In this document: one piece after another, positions 12,820 to 26,621 of the stretch
Layout of the letters: each line of letters begins with the position of its first letter
Numbering within the stretch: position 1 is the first letter of the stretch
Source: Vicugna vicugna
Taxonomy: Eukaryota
Assembly: GCA_013265495.1 (NCBI GenBank)
Contig: MU061578.1
Location: forward strand, 3,545,308 to 3,609,307
Direction of reading: 5' to 3'
Length of the DNA: 64,000 nucleotides
Notes under the pieces: generated by a model
Databases searched by the model: none
Told to the model about the DNA's origin: nothing
Seen by the model: the letters and a program-made list of their open reading frames with translations, nothing else
Translations under genes and position numbers: made by a program

Positions 12820-13390
12820 CAGCCTTTCCCACTAAGCAGCTGTGGGTGTGTAGACGTCCTTCCTCAGGCTCAGAAAGTTCTCATCCTAATTTGCTGAGAA
12901 GTTGTTGTTGTTTTTTTAATCATGAATAGATACTGAATTTTGTCTAATTTTTTTCCTGTGTCTATTGATATGATTATGTGGTTTTTCTTATTTGGTCTTT
13001 TAACTGATTTTCAATTTTTGAAGCAGCCTCGCGTTCCTGGGCAGTTCATTTCCTATTTCACGAGGGATGTTGATCTGTGATTTTCTTATTTGTCCTTTTT
13101 GGCTTTTGTTTCTGGGAACTGCTGGCCTGGTAACATGAACTGGGAAGTGGTCCCTCCTTTTCTGCTTTCTGGAAGAGATCAGAGAGAATTGGTGTTATTT
13201 CTTCTTTAATGTTTGGTAGAATCACCAGAAAAACTGCCTGGGCCTGGACAGTTCTCTTTCATATTTTTAACTGCAGATTTGATGTCTTTAACAGTTACAG
13301 GGCTATTTAGTATATTACATCTTGGGTGAATTTGACTGTGTTTTCGGGGGAGTTGGTCCATTTCATCTGAGTTATCAAAGGAGAAGCACT
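12820..13390 (-). mobile_element. Old LINE-1 ORF2 fragment, antisense
   Basis: 'aatttgctgagaagtt...atcatgaatagatactgaattttgtc', 'gagaattggtgttatttcttctttaatgtttggtagaatcacc'. Confidence 0.75.
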
Positions 13391-13539
13391 TCTGCTTCTG
13401 ACTTTGGGTATGTCCAGTAAAGCCGGGGCCAAGGTGAGTCTTGAGCTGTTAAGGGCTGCTGTACCCCAAGAGGTGCCCAGAGAAGTCAGAGGAGGTGGGG
13501 CCACCCCATCACACTGTCACTAAGGCGGTTGGTGGGTAA

Positions 13540-13935
13540 GTTAGTGTTAAATCACCAAAACCTGGTGGCTTGAACAGCAGACCCTTATTCTCTCACAGTC
13601 TGGAGGCCAGAAGTCTGAGATCAAGGTGTCCCAGGGCTAAGCTCTCTCCAGATACTGCAAGGGAGGATCCTTCCTGCCTCTCCCAGCTTCCGGGGCCCAA
13701 GGCACCCCTGGACTTTGGCTTCCTCCCTCTAGTCTCTGTCTTGGTCTTCATGGCTTCTCCTCTGTGTTTCTCCTCTTCTGTCTCCTGTGAGGACACTGTC
13801 ATTGGATTTGGGATCTATCCTGGTAGGTCGGATGATCTCACCTCAAGATCCTTAATTTAATTACAACCACAAAGACCCTTTTTCCAAGTGAGGTGACATC
13901 CACAGGTTCTGGGAGTTAGGTTGTGGACGCATCTC
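13540..13935 (-). mobile_element. MaLR LTR (MLT1-type)
   Basis: 'ggtggcttgaacagcagacccttattctctcacagtctggaggccagaagtctgagatcaaggtg', 'ggatgatctcacctcaagatccttaatttaattaca', 'aagaccctttttccaa'. Confidence 0.8.
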
Positions 13936-16774
13936 GGGGTCCACTCCTGAGCCCTCTCTGATGGGTCCCTGGCAGCGTCGCTCCCCCTGCCCAGCCCTGT
14001 GGGCAGTTCTTTGGTATGGCCCTCTGTGCGTGGTTTGCCTGGCTGGTACTGGAGCAGGGGTGCCTTCCCTTCCTGGCCCCAGTTTGGAACTGCAGGCCCC
14101 GAGAAGGCTGAGATGGCAGCTCTCTGAGCTGAGGTTTCAGCTCAGAGGCTGGGACTGCAGGACCATTGGGGCTGGCGAGTCTTTCCACAGAGTCCCTCAG
14201 CTTCTGGCCCCTACCTGTGAGGTGCCAGTGGGTTCCTTTCTCGTGGGCTGGTAGGGAGCTCAGTGCTGGCCCTGGGCACCTCTCTGGGAAGGAATGGGAT
14301 CTCTGCACCTCGTGCTGCTCGCAGGGACCTGGGCTCATGCCCCTGCCTTGTTTAGGGACCCATCCATGGGTGTCCAGCCGAAAGTGGACACTGCCTGCCT
14401 CTGGGCTTGTCAGCAGTGGGGCACAGATGGGAGTTTTGGGTGCAGTGACTGAGCTTGCTGATCTGTCTATGCAACTGTGGTGTCTGGGCCTTGATGGTGA
14501 TGGCCAGCTGCTCCCCTCCCGGGGTGGGGCCTTGTCCCTCTCAGCCTCGCGCCGCAGCAGCTGCCACCTCCCCACTAACCTGCCCCAGGGATTCCACAGA
14601 GTCCAGGGATCCCAGCGTCTTACTTTTCGAGGTGCCTGTGGTCTCAGGGGCCGTCCCCTCCTCTCTGGTCAGCTCTGCCCCCTGGCCTTTAAGGCATGAC
14701 CAGGCTGGGGGCAGGTGGAGCTGACCCAGGAAGGCACAGAGCCCCTCCAGGACATCCCCTGGGACGGGAGAAGGAGAGGAATGAGGTGATGTGTCTTGGT
14801 GTTATCAGCAGGCAGACCCATCTTGTGACCTCTAGAGCTTCTGTCTCCCTTGGAGGCCCCTCTGAGCTTTGCCGCCGTTCCTGCCCCAGCACTCGGGGGC
14901 GATAGAGGGGAGCACCCTTGATAACTGTGTCCCACCAGCCAAGACCTCATGACACCAGCACATGTGGAAGGAACCGGTGGGCTGTTGGCAGTGGGGGCTG
15001 ATGCCTGGGCGCATGGCTGCCACAGCTGCTCTGGGCGGGCTGGTCATTGCAGCCCCAGGCCAGGCTGGGGGCTCCTACAGGACCCGCCACAGCTGTGGGC
15101 AGAAGCCCAGGTGTCCTGCAGCCAGACGGGGTCCTCCTGGTGCCACCCTGGCTCCGGAGAGGGGCTGGTGGACACTGTGCTGTTGGACAGCGTAGGAACG
15201 AGTTGGCAGGACTGCAGGTGTAGGCGCCAGACAGTGGAGGGCACTCCCACCCCTGGGATGTTGGACCTTCCTTTGGAAGAGGCTTCTGAACCTGGGTGTT
15301 CTGGGCTCACCAGAGCTTGTTCCCAGCTGCTTGGAGGCTGGCCCAGTGGGGCAAACACCCTTGCCAGTGTGTGGGACAGGCTGGTGTGGCTGCCTCCACT
15401 ATGGCCCACAGGGCAGAAGGTCAGGTCCTATTTCCAGAATATTTATCTATTCACACAATTTATGAAACTGTTATTAGTATGACAAGTCATACACACAACT
15501 GCATACTTAAGATGCACTCATGTGCCCGTGTGCACATCCATGTGTGCATGACTATGCCTGTGTTCACGCCTGTTCATGGGTGTGCACGTGTGTGGGGGGC
15601 CCCACCAGCCTCCAGGACTCCACTGGCCCCTCTTTCTCTCCTAGCGAGGGATCTCTCTTCCCCAGGAAAGTCCATGACAGGATGCTGCCTGCAGCCCTGA
15701 ACTGCGGTTCCAAACCCCAAACACTCTTGGAAACCATTCCTCAGACATTTGGCAAGAACATGCCATGGTCTAGCCTGCCCTGCGTCTCTGCTTCCCCCGG
15801 GTCCCTGCAGAAACCCCGAGTGTTGATGCTAATGCCTGGGCTGCCCAGGTCCTTATTCCCTCTGAACCCCCAAGCTTACCTGGCCCCAAGGGTGGCAGGT
15901 CAGGGACCAGGTGACCCATGTCCTCAGCTCCTCAAGGGGTTGGTCCATCCAGCTCCCCCTGAGAGGATGTCAGACAAGGTTGGTGCCCTTATGGGAAAAA
16001 AAGAGAGTTGGGGCGGGTCCCCTCCCAGGCAGGGGGCTCTTCCTCTCCCAGAGTGGCAGCCTCTTGGTCTATCCCTGACCCATCTGGTCATGCCTCCTGG
16101 GAAGGGCCTGTGGTTCCATGGTGCCTGTTACGTCAGTTCCAGTGTCTTCCTGCCTGGACCTGCCAGCGATGGAAGCCCCTTTTCTCTGCACTGGGTGCAG
16201 GAGCTCCAAGAGCCTGACCCTGGGCTGCAGGCCTGCTGGTACCTCCTGGCATGGCCACCTGGGGGAGGAATTTGAGGATGAATCACGGAAGGGTGTCTTT
16301 CCTGCTTCTAGACCTGCCCTGGGTGGGGGCAGCGAGGCACAGGGGGCCTGGAGCCCCTGCCCTCCCCAGTTGTCCCCGCAAGAACACCTATCACCCCATC
16401 CTCCTAGGGACGCATACCCAAAGTCGCCTGTATCTAGGGCAGTGTGCTACCTGGGTAGTGGGGCAAGGAGTCTGGGGTGACCCCTGGCTGAGTTTGAAGG
16501 ATTTTTGGGGGCAGGTGGGGTCAAGGGCCCAGTACTTGGGAGGGGGCACTGCATGAGCTGGTGGGGCGGGACCGGCCCCCAGAGCAGAACCAGTGGTCTC
16601 GCTGCCCCTCACCCCTGACCTTTGGTGGGGGTCACTGTCCCTGGAGGCACCTGCCCACCTGTGCCCTCAGGTTGGTGAGGATGGCGGCTGTGGGGGCCAC
16701 CCTGGGCCACATGCTCTGCATGGCTCTCCTGGGTCTAGAGGTTCTGCCTCCGCTTCTGCAGGGTGTGTGGGTCT

Positions 16775-17141
16775 CCAGGGTACCCAAAGCACAGGACCAT
16801 AACCTGGGGGTGGGTCTGGAACACCAGGAATGTCCCATCTCACAGTTAGCCCGGACATCTGAGCTCCCAGGGGAAGAACCTTCCCGCCTCACCCAGCTTC
16901 TGGGGGCTCTGGCGTCCCTGGGTTGGGGCTGCGTCACCCGTCTCTGCCTCTGTCATCATGGTCTCTCCTGTGCCTCTGTGTCTCCTCTTAGTGTGAGGAC
17001 ACCAGACATTGGTTTAGGCCCACCCTCACTCAGCATCCCCTTCTCTTAGCTGACTACGTCTGCAAAGACCCTATTTCTAAGGTCATGTGCTAAGGTTCTG
17101 GGAGGATGTGAATTTCAGGGGACACTATTCAACCCACCACA
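16775..17141 (-). mobile_element. MaLR LTR (MLT1-type)
   Basis: 'gaggacaccagacattggtttaggcccaccc', 'tacgtctgcaaagaccctatttc', ending in 'ggggacactattcaacccaccaca'. Confidence 0.75.
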
Positions 17142-18344
17142 ACTGACCTGCAGGCCCTCCCTGGTGGAGCTGACACCGGAGCAGGAAACACTGGTAGTAC
17201 CCAGCCCAAGACTTCCAGTGAAGGATGGGCAGGGGTGGCCAGGGAAGGCCTTTCAGGTGGACCTGTGCACTAGACCCAGGGGATAAGGGAGCCACCCTGC
17301 CCGGGACGGTGTACAGTGACGCGGGGGCTCACAGTACAGGCCTCACTTGGTCGATGAGATCCACCAGCGAGTCAGGAGAGGATCTGGGGATGGGGGTGTT
17401 GGCTGGGGCTGATCCCTCCCCAGGACAGCTCATGAGCTCTGAACATGCTGTTCACTTCCACTGGATGGGATAGTGAAAGGGCTGGATGGCCACAGTGCCC
17501 GGTGGGGACGGACAGACTGGATGCAGGGACAGTCCAGCCGGCGGCTTGCCCAGCGCCAGCCCTGCAGCTGCACAGCAGCTACAATGGACTGAGGGGCATT
17601 GATGGGCACACAGTGGCCCCTGATAACGCGCTAATGGCGCTCCACGTTTTTTTCGTCTAGAAGAATTGTGTAAGTGTGAAGACCAGCGGGGAGATGGAGG
17701 CCACTTGATGAAGCGCCTCGAGCCACCCCTTAAAGGAACAAGGCGCGTTTCTCCCGAGGCTCTGACAGCTGGCTCCTTCAGCTCCAAGCAGGGTTATTGA
17801 GATGCAAATGTGTGTCCTCCGCAGAGTGCAGCTGCTGGCTGGCGCCGGAGCCCTGCGCCCAGGTGCAGCCCCGCGGAGCCAGCGGGGGCGGCGACTCGGA
17901 GGAGTCTCCCGGGAAGAACGGAACCGTGGACCCTGCGCGGCAGGAAGGCAGGTGAGAGGCGTCATCTGGTCCTAAGACATGGTGTCCCTGCAGGTACATG
18001 TAGGCCACTGGGGCGGCTGCCAGCTTTGTAAACTTGCTCTGGTCCCTCTGGGTTCAAAAGTTGACTTCAGAAAGAACCCTTTCCTGGGATGGAGGAAGGG
18101 GTGTCTGTGGCTTTTGAGTTTCACCTAGCAGGTTTAAAACTTAGGGAACAGAAAACCCTTCCACACGTGCTGGCAGGTTGGGGGTGGGTGGGGAAACCGG
18201 AAAGTGACAGCCACAGCACAAGAGGGGAACCCATCTGGAGCCCAGTGGGTGCAACAGCATCTTAAATGTGTTTGTGAAGACACACAGCTTGTGACAAACA
18301 GTGGAAAGAAAGTAGGGTCTGACATGTGACGAAGTCAGATTTCT

Positions 18345-20040
18345 GTTTAAAACATTTTAATTGTGAATTGGAACACATACATAAGTCCACAGAGTGTGAG
18401 CTCAGAAAATGTTCACAAACTGAATGTCAGTGTAACTGCCCCCAGGTGTCCCCAGTGTGCCCACGACCTGCCCTTAGCGCCGCAGAGCTGTCCTGCTCGC
18501 TCGTGGTGCTGTGAGCGCCACGCTGTGAATGGAATCATGAGGCGCGTATTCAGGTGTGGTCGTGTCCCATCATGTGTGTGCATGGCCCCGTCTGTCTCTT
18601 CACTCCTGATGGCTGTTTGGGATTTTAATGACAGTGCTGCTGTGACATGCAGTGCATGTCTCCTGGGGACATCTGTCCATGCTTCTGTCATGGATGCCCT
18701 ACTGTGGCACTGCTGGGTCGTGGGCGTGTACAGTGTGAGCTTTAGTAGATGCTGCCAACCTATGCTTTTAACCAGTGTTTCCATTGCTCTATGGCTTTGT
18801 CAACACTCGACGTTAAAAGTCTTACTTAGTTTAGCCTGCTGTACTGATATTTCAAGGTTTCTGTGTTTTCTTTTGTTTTCAAAACCCACTAGATTGAGGT
18901 GGGTGGTGTACCACAGCTGGCTTGTTCTACTGTGTAAGACCGACCGTGCACACTCTTTCCCCATTCTTTGCCGAGTGATGTGGTGGGAGTATTTAGATCA
19001 TGGAAATTAAAAAAAATTCTACAAATCAGGGCTTTATCCAGGAAGCCAGTTGTCATTTACACAACATAAAATGCACCTATTTTAAGTGTACAGCTTGACG
19101 ATTTTTGACAAATGTGTACACCAGGCACCTACCATACAGTTAAGACACAGAATGTTTCCAGCCCCCAAATACTCCCTTGTTCCACTTCCCAGTCAGCCCC
19201 AGGTCACTGTGGACCTGTTTTCTGTCCCCGTAGTTGAGACTTTTTTCCTCCCTAGAGCTCTGTGTAAGTGGAATCATATGCTATGTATTCTGTTTCTAAA
19301 TTGATTAGCTCAGCACAATGTTTTTGAGGTTAAACGTCCATCAGTAATTTGATCTGCTGATGGCTAAGGATTATTTGTTGTGTGGATACAACACAGTGGG
19401 CTCATCTGCTTGCCTGCTGCAGACTCCTGGGCTGTTCTCAGCTCTTTGGTTATTATGAATAAACCTGCTAAAAACACTGCTTAAAGGCCTCTGTGTTTTC
19501 ATCCCTCGGAGGGGAGTGGTTGGGTCGTATGGTAGTACATGTTTAATGTTTTCAGAAATGCCAAACTGTTTTTCAGAGCAGTTGTACCTTTTTATATTCT
19601 GATCAGTAGCGTATGTTCTCTCCACCTCTGTTTTCTGAAGGTTTGTGTAGGATGATACCGTTTTTTCATTCAGTGTTGGCTAGAACTCACCAGTCAGGTC
19701 ATCTTGGTCTGAAGTACTCTTTGTGAGAAGGTTTTAAATTATGAATTCAATTTCTTTCATTGTTACAGAGCTATTTGGGTTTTCCTTCTTTGTCAGTTTT
19801 AGTAATTTAAATCTTTTGTGGAATTTTTACTTCAACTAGCATGTCAAATTTGTTAGAATAAAGTTGTTTACAATATTCTTATTATCCTTTCAGTGTCTGT
19901 CGGATCTGTAGTGATGTCCCCTTTTTCCTTCTTGATATAATTTGTGTTTTCTCTCCTTTTTGCTTAATCATTATAACTAGAGGTTTATCCCTTTCACTGA
20001 TATTTTCAAAGAACCAGATTGTGTTTCTTGATTTTGTCCT
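18345..20040 (-). mobile_element. Cluster of old LINE-1 fragments, antisense
   Basis: 'aaaatgcacctattttaagtgtacagcttgacgatttttgacaaatgtgtacacc', 'aagtggaatcatatgctatg', 'gaaatgccaaactgtttttcagag', 'tagaactcaccagt'. Boundaries approximate; probably several pieces. Confidence 0.7.
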
Positions 20041-20430
20041 CTAATGTTTTGGCCCTGCAAGGGTTCTAGTTTCATGCAAAGGCCTTTGTTGGGAATCCTC
20101 ATGTCATCAGGACAAGGTGCCTCTTCCCTGCAGCCTTGTGTGCACTGCTCTGGCTTTCAGTTTCCCTTCTTGCACTGAATTATCTTTGTTGTGAGTTCAG
20201 ATACAAAGTTTATTTTTCCCCAACATTTCTATGTGGTTTCAGCCACAGGGTTTTTGCAGTAGACCAGCTTTACTATGATGAGAGTTTTTAAAGAGACAAC
20301 TTCTAGATTAGAGAAAAGAGAAGAGGTCATAAGAGAAATAGGGGGCCTTAACCTGGAAGCCAGCACAAGAAACAAGAGCCGTGGGCAGGAAGAAAAGAAA
20401 CAACACTGTCCACTATCTGCACATAAACTA

Positions 20431-22769
20431 CAGGCACAACTCAGAGATACTGTGGGTTCAGTTCCAGACCACCACAATAAACAGAACATTGCATAAAGTG
20501 AGTCACACTAAGGTTTCGGTTTCCCAGTGCATTTAGAAGTTATGGTTACACTATGCTGTAGTCTGCTGAGCGTGCAATAGCAGTATGTCCAAAAAATGTA
20601 CAACCCTAATTAAAAATGCTTTATTGCTAAAAAATGCTAATATTACCTGAGGCTTCAGCAAGTTGTAATCTTTTCTCTGGTGGAGGGTCTTGATGTTGAT
20701 GGCTGCTGACTCACCAGGCTGCTGGTTGCTGACGGTTGAGGGGACTGTGGCAATTTCTTAAAATAAGACAATATTTACCACAGTGATTGACTTCCTCTCA
20801 TAAATGATTCTCTGTAGCCTGCAGTGCTGTTTGACAGCATTGTACCCATAGTAGAACTTCTTTCAAAGCTGCCATTAGTCCTCTGAAACCCTGCTGCTAC
20901 TTAATCAACTAAGTTTATATAATATTCTAAATCTTTTGTGCCATATCAACAATCTTCACAGCATCTTAACTGGAGTTGATTCCATCTTAAGAAACCACTT
21001 TCTTTGCTCATCCATAAGAAGCTCCTCGTCCCTTAAAGGTTTATCATGAGATTAGAGCAGTTCAGTCACAATTTCAGGCTCCACGTCTAATTCTAGTTCT
21101 CTTGGTACTTCCACCACACCTACAGTGACTTCTTCCACTGCAGTCTTGAGCCCCTCAAAGTCATCCATGGGGGTTGGAATCAGCTTCTTCCAAACACCTA
21201 AATATGTTGATAATTTGACCTCTTCCCATGGATCACAAATGTTCTTAATAGCATCTAGGATGGGGAATCCTCTCCAGGTTTTCAATTTAGTTTGCTCATA
21301 TCCATTAGAAGAATCACGTCTATGGTAGCTATAGACATACAAAATGTATTTCTTAAATAATAAGACTTTGAAGTCAGAATGACTCCTTGATCCATGGGCT
21401 GCAGCCTGGGGGACGTGTCAGCGGGTGAGAAAATGGAATCTTGCTGTACGTCTGCATCAGAGCTGTTGGGGGGCCAGGTGTATTGTCAATGAGCAGTAAT
21501 ATTCTGAAAGGACTTTTTTTCCCCCCTAAGCCGTAGGTCTCAATAGTGGGCTTAAAATAATTCAGTAAACAGTGTTGTAAACAGATGTGCTGTCATCCAG
21601 GCTTTGTTGATCCAGTTACAGAACATAGGCAGAGCAGACTGGGCATAGTTCTTAAGGGCCCTAGGATTTTCAGAATGGTAAATGAGCACTGGCTTCAACT
21701 TAAAGCCACCAGCTGCTTTAGCCCCTAACAGGAGAGTCAGCCTGTCCTTTGAAGCTTTGAAGCCAGGCATTGACTTCTCATTTCTAGCCATGAAAGTCTA
21801 AGGTGGCATCTTCTTCCAATAGAAGGCTGTTTCATCTGCATTGAAAATCTGTTGCTCAGTGTAGCCACCTTCATGAATGATCTGAGCTAGACCTTCTGGA
21901 TAACTTGCAGTGGCTCCTACATCAGCACCTGCTGCTTCTTGCACTTTGATGTTACAGAGATGGCCTCTTTCCTTAAACCTCATGAGCCAACCTCTGCTGG
22001 CTTCCAAATTTCTTCTGCAGCTTCCTTACCTCTCTTAGCCTTCACAGGATTGAAGGGAGCTAGGGCCTTGCTCTGGATGAGGCTTTGGCTGAAGGGAATG
22101 TTGTGGCTGTTCTGATCTTCTCTCCAGAACACGCAAGCTTTCTCCACATCAGCAGTAAGGCTGTTTCACTTATCATCCATGTGTTCACTGGAGTAGCGTT
22201 TTTAATTTCCCTTAGGAACTTTTCTTTCGCATTTGCAACTTGGCTGACTGGTCCAAGAGACCTAGCTTTTGGCCTGTCTCAGCTTTTGGCATGCCGTCCT
22301 CACTAAGCTCAGTCATTTCAGGTTTTTGATTTAAAGTGAGAGATGTGTGACTCTTCCTTTCATTTGAACACTTGGAGGCCATTGTAGGGGTTACTGATTG
22401 GCCTAATATTGTTGTGTCTTAGGGAACAGGGAGGCCTGAGGAGGGAGAAATGGGGGACAGCTGGTCCGTGGAGCAGTCGGGACATACACAACATTTATCC
22501 ATTAAGTTCATGGTCTTAGTTTGTGGCACCCAAAACAGTTACACTAGTGACATCGAAGATCACTGATCACACATCACCGTAACAAATGCAATATTTCAAA
22601 CTTTTTCATTATTATTATGAGAATTACTAAAATGTGACACAGAGACCTGAAGTGAGCAAATGCTTTTGGAAAATGGCGCCAATAGACTTGGTGGACGCAG
22701 GGTCGCCATAAATGTTCAATTTGTGAAAAACATGGTATCTGTGGAGTGCAATGAAATGAAGTCTGCCTG
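20431..22769 (-). mobile_element. Tigger1 (TcMar/pogo) DNA transposon, near full length, defective transposase
   Basis: Ends are 'ta|caggcacaactcagagatactgtggg' and 'atgaaatgaagtctgcctg|ta', giving CAGGCA terminal inverted repeats with a TA target duplication. Minus-strand ORF pieces encode Tigger transposase motifs ([50 protein letters not shown]), broken by stops such as TAG at 21798-21800. Confidence 0.95.
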
Positions 22770-23655
22770 TATTAGAACAAGAAACCTCACCTTGTTTTCA
22801 GCAAGACCAATGACAGTCAAGGCAGTTTTGAGTGGTGGGCGCTGAGACCACCAGGTGCCAGGATTGATTATGAAGCTGTAATCTTGTGCACTGTGTGGAC
22901 CACTTGTGCAGATATGACCCTAGAACAATGAGCCACCCAGCCCAGAGGCAGGGTTTGGCTGCACCCGCCCAGTCAGGTCGGTCCCAGTGGATAGTTGGCA
23001 CCCAGCAGAGAGAGGTTGGCTCATGAGGTTTAAGGAAAGAATATATAACATCAAAGTGGAGCAAGGCCACTGAGCACCTGAAGGGGAGGGGGCATGACCC
23101 TAGCTGTGCCCCAAGGCTTTGCTGAGAAGCCAATCTGGGTAAGGGTGGGGAAGTGGACTTGCCAACCTGATGCAGCCACGGCCGCCAGTTCACTCGCTTG
23201 CCTCTTCTTTGGCTGACTGGTAGTTGCACGTGTGACTGTTGCTCCCTGACCATCAGTTAAGAGTACTCACCGGAGTCACGTGCATGGACGCCCACTTTCC
23301 ATCCCACTGGCTAATTGCTGCCTCACGTGAATCCAGACCTATGTACTCAGCAAAAAAGGGATGAAACACTTTACCTGCCCCCACGCCCACTGTTCCCACT
23401 AGATCTTGGTAGTGGGAAGTCTCCCAGTCCCTGGGGCAGGGAGGTCCAGGGTCTCAGGACACTTAGGAAGCTTTTTTGGTTTTGTTTTATTTTTAAAAAT
23501 TGAGGTGAAATGGGCTTAGCATAACATCAGTCATTTCACAGTGAACAATAGTGTCATTTAGTACATCACAGTGTTGTACAATCATCACCTCTGTCTAGTT
23601 CCAAAATATTTTATCACCTCAAAAGGAAACCCTGTACCCATTAACAGTCACTGTT

Positions 23656-23792
23656 GGTGAGGAGGGTATAGCTTAGTGGTAGAGCATGTGCTTAGCGTGC
23701 ACGAGATCCTGGGTTCAGTCCAAAGTACCTCCATTAAAATAAATTAATAAACCTAATCACCTTCCCCTCCTCAAACAAAACAACAACAAAAT
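23656..23792 (+). mobile_element. tRNA-derived SINE, Vic-1-like (camelid)
   Basis: 'ggagggtatagcttagtggtagagcatgtgcttagcgtgcacgagatcctgggttcagtcc...acctccattaaaataaattaataaacctaatcacc' contains A/B boxes and an A-rich tail. Approximate TSD aacagtcact/aatagtcatt. Confidence 0.85.
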
Positions 23793-25044
23793 AGTCATTC
23801 CCCATTCTCCGCTCCCCCAGCCTCTGGCAACCACAAGTCCACTTTCTGTCTTTATAGATTTGCCTGTTCTAAATATTCTTATAAATGGAAGCACAAAATA
23901 GGTGACCTTTTGTGTCTGATTTATTTTACTGAGCATAATGTCTTCAAGGTTTATTCACATTGTGATTCCTTTTTGTGTCCTGCATAATGTTCCCTTTTAT
24001 GTTTTGTTTATCCATTCACCTGTTAGTGGACATTTGTGTTGTTTCTATCTTTTGTCTATGGTGAGTAATGATGCTGTGAACATTGGCATACAAGTATTTG
24101 TTTGAGTCCCTGATTTCAGTTCTTTTGGATGTACATCCAGAGGAGGAATTGCTGGATCATATGGTGATTGATTCAGTGTTTAACTTTTTGAGAACTGCTA
24201 GACTTTTCCATAGCAGCTGCACCATTCTGCATTCCCAACTGCAGTGTACGAAGGTTCCAATTTCTCTATCTTCTCGCCAACACTTGTTTTTTTCTGTTAA
24301 AATAAATTAGAGCCATCCTGATGGGTGTGAAGTGGTATCTCATTGTGGTTTTCATGTACATTTCTCTCATTAAGGATTTTGAGCATCTTCTCGTGAGCTT
24401 GTTGGCCATTTGTATGTCTTCCTCGGAGAAATGTCCATTCAAGTCCTTTTGAATTGGGGTGTTTGTCTTTTTGTTGCTTAGTTGCAAGAGTTCTTTCAAT
24501 ATTCTGGATACTAGAGTCTTATGAGATACATGCCTTTTGAATGTTTTCTCTTGTTCTGTGGGTTTTCCTTTTACTTTCTTCACAGTCTTTAGATGCACAA
24601 AAGTTCTAAATTTGATGAAGTCCAGTTTACCTATTTTTTGTGTTGTTGCTCTTGCTTTTGGAGTCGTATTTGAGAATCTACTGCCAAATCCAAGGTCATG
24701 AAGATTAACCTATGTTTTCTTCGAAGAGTTGTAATAGCATTAGCTTTTATGTTTAGGTTTTTCATCCCTTTTGAGTTAATTTTTAAATATGGTGTGACGT
24801 AAAGGCCCAACCTCATTCTTTAGCTTTTAGGCCTGTTTTTCCCAGCACCATTTGAAAAGACTATCCTTTTCCCATTGAGTGGTCTCGGCATCCTTGCCAA
24901 AAATCATTTGACCATATATGCAAGGGTCTATCTCTGGGCTCTCCATTGTGTTTTCTTGGTCTTTATGTCCTTGTGCCACTACCACAGTTCTAACTACTGT
25001 AGCTTCGTACTAAGTTTTTAAATCAGGAAAGCAAGTACTTCAAC

Positions 25045-25185
25045 TTTTTTTTTATTTGTTTTTTTTTGAGGGGAGAGGTAATCAGGAATTAATTAATTAA
25101 TTAATTAAGTGGAGGCACTGAGGATTGAACTCAGGACCTCATTCATGCTGAGCACGTGCTCTACCACTGAGCTATACCCTCCCCC
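25045..25185 (-). mobile_element. tRNA-derived SINE, Vic-1-like
   Basis: Reverse complement reads GGGGGAGGGTATAGCTCAGTGGTAGAGCACGTGCTCAGCATG...GGTCCTGAGTTCAATCCTCAG, with an (AATT)n middle and a T-rich tail on the + strand. Flanks tcaacttt/tcaacctt. Confidence 0.88.
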
Positions 25186-26488
25186 TCAACCTTCTTTTCA
25201 ATTTCACTTTCATTATTTGGGGCCCCTTGCAATTCCATATGGATCTGAGGATTGCCCTTTCCACTCCTACAAAAAAGGCCATTGGACTTTTGATAGAGAT
25301 CTCATCAACTCTGTAGATACTTTGTTAATACTGTCATCTTAACAATATTAAGTCATCAAATCCAGGGACAAAGATGCCTTTCAATTTATTTAGGTCTTCT
25401 TTGATCTCCTTCAGCAATGTTTTGTACCATCATTCACCTCCTTGGTTAAATTTATCTCTAGGTATTTTATTCTTTTGGATGCTATTATAAGTGGTATAGT
25501 TTCCTTAGTTTCTTTTTCAGATTGCTTATTGCTGGTGTATAGAAACACACCTGAGTTTTGTGTGTTGGTCTTGTGCCCTGCAGCTTTGCTGAACTGGCTT
25601 ATTAGCTCCAGTAGTTTTGGGTGGCTAACTGGCATTCTCTGTTATTTGTGATTGTGTCGTCTGTGAATATAGTTCTACTTCTTCCTTTCCAACTCCAAAG
25701 GCTTTAGGTATTTTCCTTGACTGATTGCTCTGGCTGGACCTCCAGGAGTGTTGAATGGCAGTGGTGAAAATGGGCATCCTTGTCTTGATCCTGATCATAA
25801 GGAGAAAGTTTTGTCTTACACCATTAAATTAGCTGTGGATTCTGACTGACTGATGAATCACACTGACTGATGAACCGCATTCCTGGGATAAATCCCACTT
25901 GATCATGGTGTATATACAATCCTATTAATATACTGTTAGATTTCTTTTGCTAGTATCTTGTTGAAGATTTTTGTATTTATATTCATAAAGAAGACTAGCA
26001 TCTTTGTCTGGCTTTGTTACCAGGGTAATACTGGCCTCATAGGATGAGGCAGGAGGTGTTCTCTCCTCTTCTAAATTTTTGGAGTTTGGGTAGGTTTGGT
26101 GTTAATTTTTCTTCGAATCCTTAGGAGAATGTGTTAACAAAGCCATCTGAGCCAGTATTTTTCTCTCTTGGGAGGTCTCTGATTACTGATTCAGTCTTCT
26201 TATTATAGATCTTTCTGCCTGACCTGAGTCACTTTTTTTTTTTAACAAATAATACATTTTATTTAAGTTACTCAACACACGTACGTTTAAAGTAAACCAT
26301 TTAAATCAGATGAAATTCAAACTACAAAACCTATAAAACCTATTTAGAAATCAACTTAACTTCTCATGGACACATATTGTACATTAATTAATTAATTAAT
26401 TAAATTAATCCTTATTTTTAAAAACAATTTTATTAAATTTTTGTCCTTCCAGTTTTATTGAGATGTGATTGACATACAGCACTGTATG

Positions 26489-26620
26489 CTTTTTTGGCGG
26501 GGGAGGGGAGGTAGTTAAATGTTATTAACTTACTTACTTTTTAAATGGAGGCACTGAGGATTGTACCTAGGACCTTGTGCTTGCTAGGCAAGCACTCTAC
26601 CACTGAGCTATACCCTCCCC
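26489..26620 (-). mobile_element. Vic-1-like SINE (second unit of the dimer)
   Basis: 'ggaggcactgaggattgtacctaggaccttgtgcttgctaggcaagcactctaccactgagctataccctcccc' is the antisense SINE head. Confidence 0.85.
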
Positions 26621-26621
26621 T

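Noticed and set aside
15520..16275. 251-aa ORF (and the similar 240-aa ORF at 28254-28976)
   Set aside because: Starts in a simple TG/CA tract, has no domain signature, and no splice or promoter support.
21052..22007. Tigger ORFs as a domesticated TIGD1-like gene
   Set aside because: The reading frame is broken by in-frame stops and frameshifts, and the element retains TIRs and TSD, so it is a decayed transposon.
23656..23735. SINE heads as real tRNA genes (also about 25110-25185, 26545-26620, 26700-26775)
   Set aside because: The tRNA-like part is followed by the same SINE body and A-rich tail, with TSD-like flanks and broken stems.
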